From Promethearchaeia archaeon (GTDB lineage Archaea; Asgardarchaeota; Lokiarchaeia; Sigyniarchaeales; SOKP01), in contig JAHQWK010000004.1 in assembly GCA_029856145.1 (NCBI GenBank), forward strand, positions 1 to 64,000: a DNA stretch of 64,000 nt. The letters are read 5' to 3'. The position numbers and the translations under genes are program-made. The notes beneath the pieces are model-generated. The model did no database searches and was not told the DNA's origin. It saw nothing but the letters and a program-made list of their open reading frames with translations. Below are positions 61,424 through 64,000 of this stretch, one piece after another (the first letter of the stretch is position 1; every line of letters begins with the position of its first letter).

Positions 61424-62152
61424 CTAAAATGTTACTTCTGGAAAGACGGGTATTCCTAAAAATGAAAGTATTAAAACAATACAATTAAAAGCAATAATTA
61501 TTAATATCATCACTATTAAAATCCAATTCTTTTTAGTTTCCTTATATTTCATAATCTGAGACGTTCCATGTTTCGCTAATGCTAAGGGAAATAATCCAAC
61601 AAATGTACCAAGGGAAAAATAAAATACAGTAAAAATTCCATCGATAAAACCCAAAACACTCCCTAATGAATAAGTTAAGCATTGAGTATATATGATAAAT
61701 TCAAAGATACAAGGAGCAAACCCCGCCAATATTCCAAATAGATATGGAGTCTTTTTCTTTTCCCAATTAAACTGAAAAATCTCATCCGTTCTTTTTGAAT
61801 GTGGGGTATAACCTTTTCTGGTTATATAGAACAAAAAAATAATTCCAGCAAACATCGAAGTTAAAGCTCCAAAAAAGTTTATTGTAGTAGACTCTGGAAT
61901 AATATCCGGGATTAGTATTTGAGGAATAAGACTAATTATAACAGTTATAAATGCAATTATTAAATTTGAGGATATCAAACCTAATCCATATAAAACTAAT
62001 ATAAGAAGACTTTTTTTAGGTGTTTTTGATATACCAAAGGACCAAAAAAAGAATATTGCTTTATCTTCACACGGAATAAAAGTATGTAAAATTCCTAAAA
62101 GAAATGCAGGCGCAAAAATCAGTAATAATGGAGGTGGATAAAATACGAACAT
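61424..62152 (-). CDS. membrane protein of the DsbD_2/RcnA/UreH (Ni/Co transporter-like) group
   Basis: GILHTFIPC and GILAGFAPC motifs, 6 TM. Confidence 0.6.
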   Translation of the reverse strand: MFVFYPPPLLLIFAPAFLLGILHTFIPCEDKAIFFFWSFGISKTPKKSLLILVLYGLGLISSNLIIAFITVIISLIPQILIPDIIPESTTINFFGALTSMFAGIIFLFYITRKGYTPHSKRTDEIFQFNWEKKKTPYLFGILAGFAPCIFEFIIYTQCLTYSLGSVLGFIDGIFTVFYFSLGTFVGLFPLALAKHGTSQIMKYKETKKNWILIVMILIIIAFNCIVLILSFLGIPVFPEVTF

Positions 62153-62283
62153 ATTGCTTTTAAATTGCTATTTTGTCTAATATTTATTGGAATTTTCTTA
62201 TTCTTAATATATTCTTTATGATTATAATTAGAATTTCCTTTTTTAAATATTTTTCAAATCTTTAATAAATAAGATGAACTTTT

Positions 62284-63552
62284 TTAATAATTTGAATCTT
62301 CAGTTAAGCAAAATTTAGTTGATCCGTAAAGTATTATTAATAAAAAGATAGTACTTACGAGATTAAAAGGAAACCATTTTTGAGTAATAAACCAAATTCC
62401 CATAAATGCTAAGTCAAAAAAACTAAAAAAGAAAAAACTAGGTTTTACGTACTTTTTCGTTATTTTAGAATTTCGAGGCATATAGAATATTAGAATTATT
62501 AAAAGTGGTGTTAGAGCTAATAGATGATGAGTCCATGAGTCATAATATACAAGTAGCATAATTAAAATGCCAAAAAGATAAGCAAAAATGATGGAATTCT
62601 CAGTAATCCTTCGAAAAACATAAACAACAAAACTTAATCCCCCAATAATGAATGAAATAAGTAGAAACACTAGTAATGGGTTATGGGAGATATTAAAAAA
62701 GATAAAAAAGTTTAAAATTATCTTGGTTAAACTAAATGAATGATTTACGATAATTGTTTCGCTCCCTGTAAAATTAGTTGTTAAAAAACCGTCCCATAGG
62801 GATGGATAAAGTAGAAACAAGAAAAGATTTAATGATAAAGGTAATAACAATCCAATTATTCTGATGAGACTTTTTAGAACCTTAAATTCAAATTGTTTCT
62901 GTTTAAATCTTAACTTTAATACCAATAAGAAAGGAATCATAAAAATAGTAATTGGCTTTATAATTATACTAAATCCCAAAATGATGCTAGATATTAAATC
63001 CCATTTAAAACCTTCACGAGTTAAAAACAAAAAGAGGGATAATAAAATTAGAAGAGTTACATATAAATTTATTTGGCCCAAGATGTAATTAAAAAGGTTT
63101 GGTAAACCCATTAGAAATAAGCAAATATACATGACAATTCTCTTATCACCTTTTTCATGATCTTCTCTTCTTATATGAATTAGAATTTTATATAGAAGAT
63201 TACAAATTAAAACATTCAATAATAAATTGAATAAGTTAAATACAATAAAGCCTAACTCGAACCCTAATAAGTAAAAAGGAACAAAGAAAGCAGCTGAAAT
63301 TGGAAAATATCTAAATGGCCACATATCAATATAATTTAAAGGATTATATAATCCATTAATATCAGTCATAAAAAGTTCCCCTACTCTGTAATAAACCCGA
63401 AAATCATTTTGTTCTTTAAAAAATACAAGTGTTAAGATCATTGATAAGATAAAATAAAATCCATGAATAAGAACAGTAAGACGAAATATTCTATAATCCC
63501 ATAGACTCCTCCATCTCTTTTCTATCCTAACAAATAATAGTTTTAAATCCAT
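62284..63552 (-). CDS. GT87/DUF2029 family polyprenol-sugar-dependent glycosyltransferase
   Basis: DFRVYY, FRYFP, LGQIN, IKP, SWTHH; multi-TM. Confidence 0.8.
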   Translation of the reverse strand: MDLKLLFVRIEKRWRSLWDYRIFRLTVLIHGFYFILSMILTLVFFKEQNDFRVYYRVGELFMTDINGLYNPLNYIDMWPFRYFPISAAFFVPFYLLGFELGFIVFNLFNLLLNVLICNLLYKILIHIRREDHEKGDKRIVMYICLFLMGLPNLFNYILGQINLYVTLLILLSLFLFLTREGFKWDLISSIILGFSIIIKPITIFMIPFLLVLKLRFKQKQFEFKVLKSLIRIIGLLLPLSLNLFLFLLYPSLWDGFLTTNFTGSETIIVNHSFSLTKIILNFFIFFNISHNPLLVFLLISFIIGGLSFVVYVFRRITENSIIFAYLFGILIMLLVYYDSWTHHLLALTPLLIILIFYMPRNSKITKKYVKPSFFFFSFFDLAFMGIWFITQKWFPFNLVSTIFLLIILYGSTKFCLTEDSNY

Positions 63553-63559
63553 TCTTGAA

Positions 63560-64000
63560 TTACCTATGTTTCCATGATTGGCATGATATTTTTCTTCTTT
63601 TTTTAAAGATATATATTATTATACTTACAGATATAATTGATATTAATCCTATTAAAGTTGGAATTACATATATAGGTAAAAAATTAAGAGATATGTCTAT
63701 AATAACTACATATCCCGTAGTATAGAGTTTATAGGAGTTTAAAATCCCTTGATCATTATAAATAGCGATAATTTTTATCTTTTTTAGAGGAAATCCGAGT
63801 GATATAGCATCTTTTTCAATTTCTACATTTAGAGTAGGTAAAACTCTGTTATCCACATCATACCATTCATTTAATTCTAAATTTCCCATATATTCTCCTA
63901 CGGGAACCGGGAACCAAAATGGAACTAAAGATGTATACTCTGTAAAATTCGATTCTTTAGAATTGAAAAAGTGTGTTATTTCAGAATCATTATCTTTTAT
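63560..64000 (-). CDS. C-terminally membrane-anchored protein, 3' part (starts beyond window end)
   Basis: frame is open from 64000 through the annotated ATG at 63889; C-terminal TM followed by KKRRK. Confidence 0.65.
   Translation of the reverse strand: MKDNDSEITHFFNSKESNFTEYTSLVPFWFPVPVGEYMGNLELNEWYDVDNRVLPTLNVEIEKDAISLGFPLKKIKIIAIYNDQGILNSYKLYTTGYVVIIDISLNFLPIYVIPTLIGLISIISVSIIIYIFKKRRKISCQSWKHR

Noticed and set aside
918-63088. Numerous short antisense or overlapping ORFs in the ORF track (e.g. 918-1331, 6301-6768, 11863-12288, 22637-23080, 53328-53750)
   Set aside because: They lie inside well-supported genes on the opposite strand or in another frame and have no motifs; shadow ORFs.
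1-64000. CRISPR arrays, rRNA genes, IS elements, selenoprotein read-through
   Set aside because: No regularly spaced repeats, rRNA-like tracts or transposase ORFs seen, and no convincing in-frame UGA read-through noticed.

Overview
AT-rich archaeal genomic segment, most likely Asgard archaea (Lokiarchaeia/Promethearchaeota). The assignment rests on aCPSF1/FttA, a proteasome beta subunit, geranylgeranyl reductase, BHB-type tRNA introns, a diphthamide-motif-less EF-2 paralog, and several eukaryotic-signature-like proteins (longin, gelsolin, UFL1/PCI-like). Two accessory-looking gene systems stand out. (1) A ~13.6 kb co-oriented chemosensory cluster (35908-49555): cheW, cheY, cheA, a cheW-cheC-cheC fusion, an internally deleted cheR, cheB, cheD, cheC and a second cheB. 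It has no chemoreceptor, CheF or archaellum gene, but it embeds a gelsolin-domain protein, a longin-domain protein and an Ig/mu-homology-like protein. This suggests a Che phosphorelay wired to actin or membrane remodelling. (2) An inositol-phosphate cluster (23469-30610): myo-inositol-1-phosphate synthase surrounded by four ATP-grasp proteins (two clearly ITPK1-like) and a HAD phosphatase with a polybasic tail. RNA features read directly from the sequence are tRNA-Leu(UAA) with two non-canonical introns, tRNA-Gly(CCC), tRNA-Gln(CUG) with an intron and an unusual C33, a box C/D sRNA predicted to guide Cm34 of tRNA-Leu(CAA), and a ~150-nt rod-like structured RNA candidate. All assignments come from motif recognition by eye; no searches were run.
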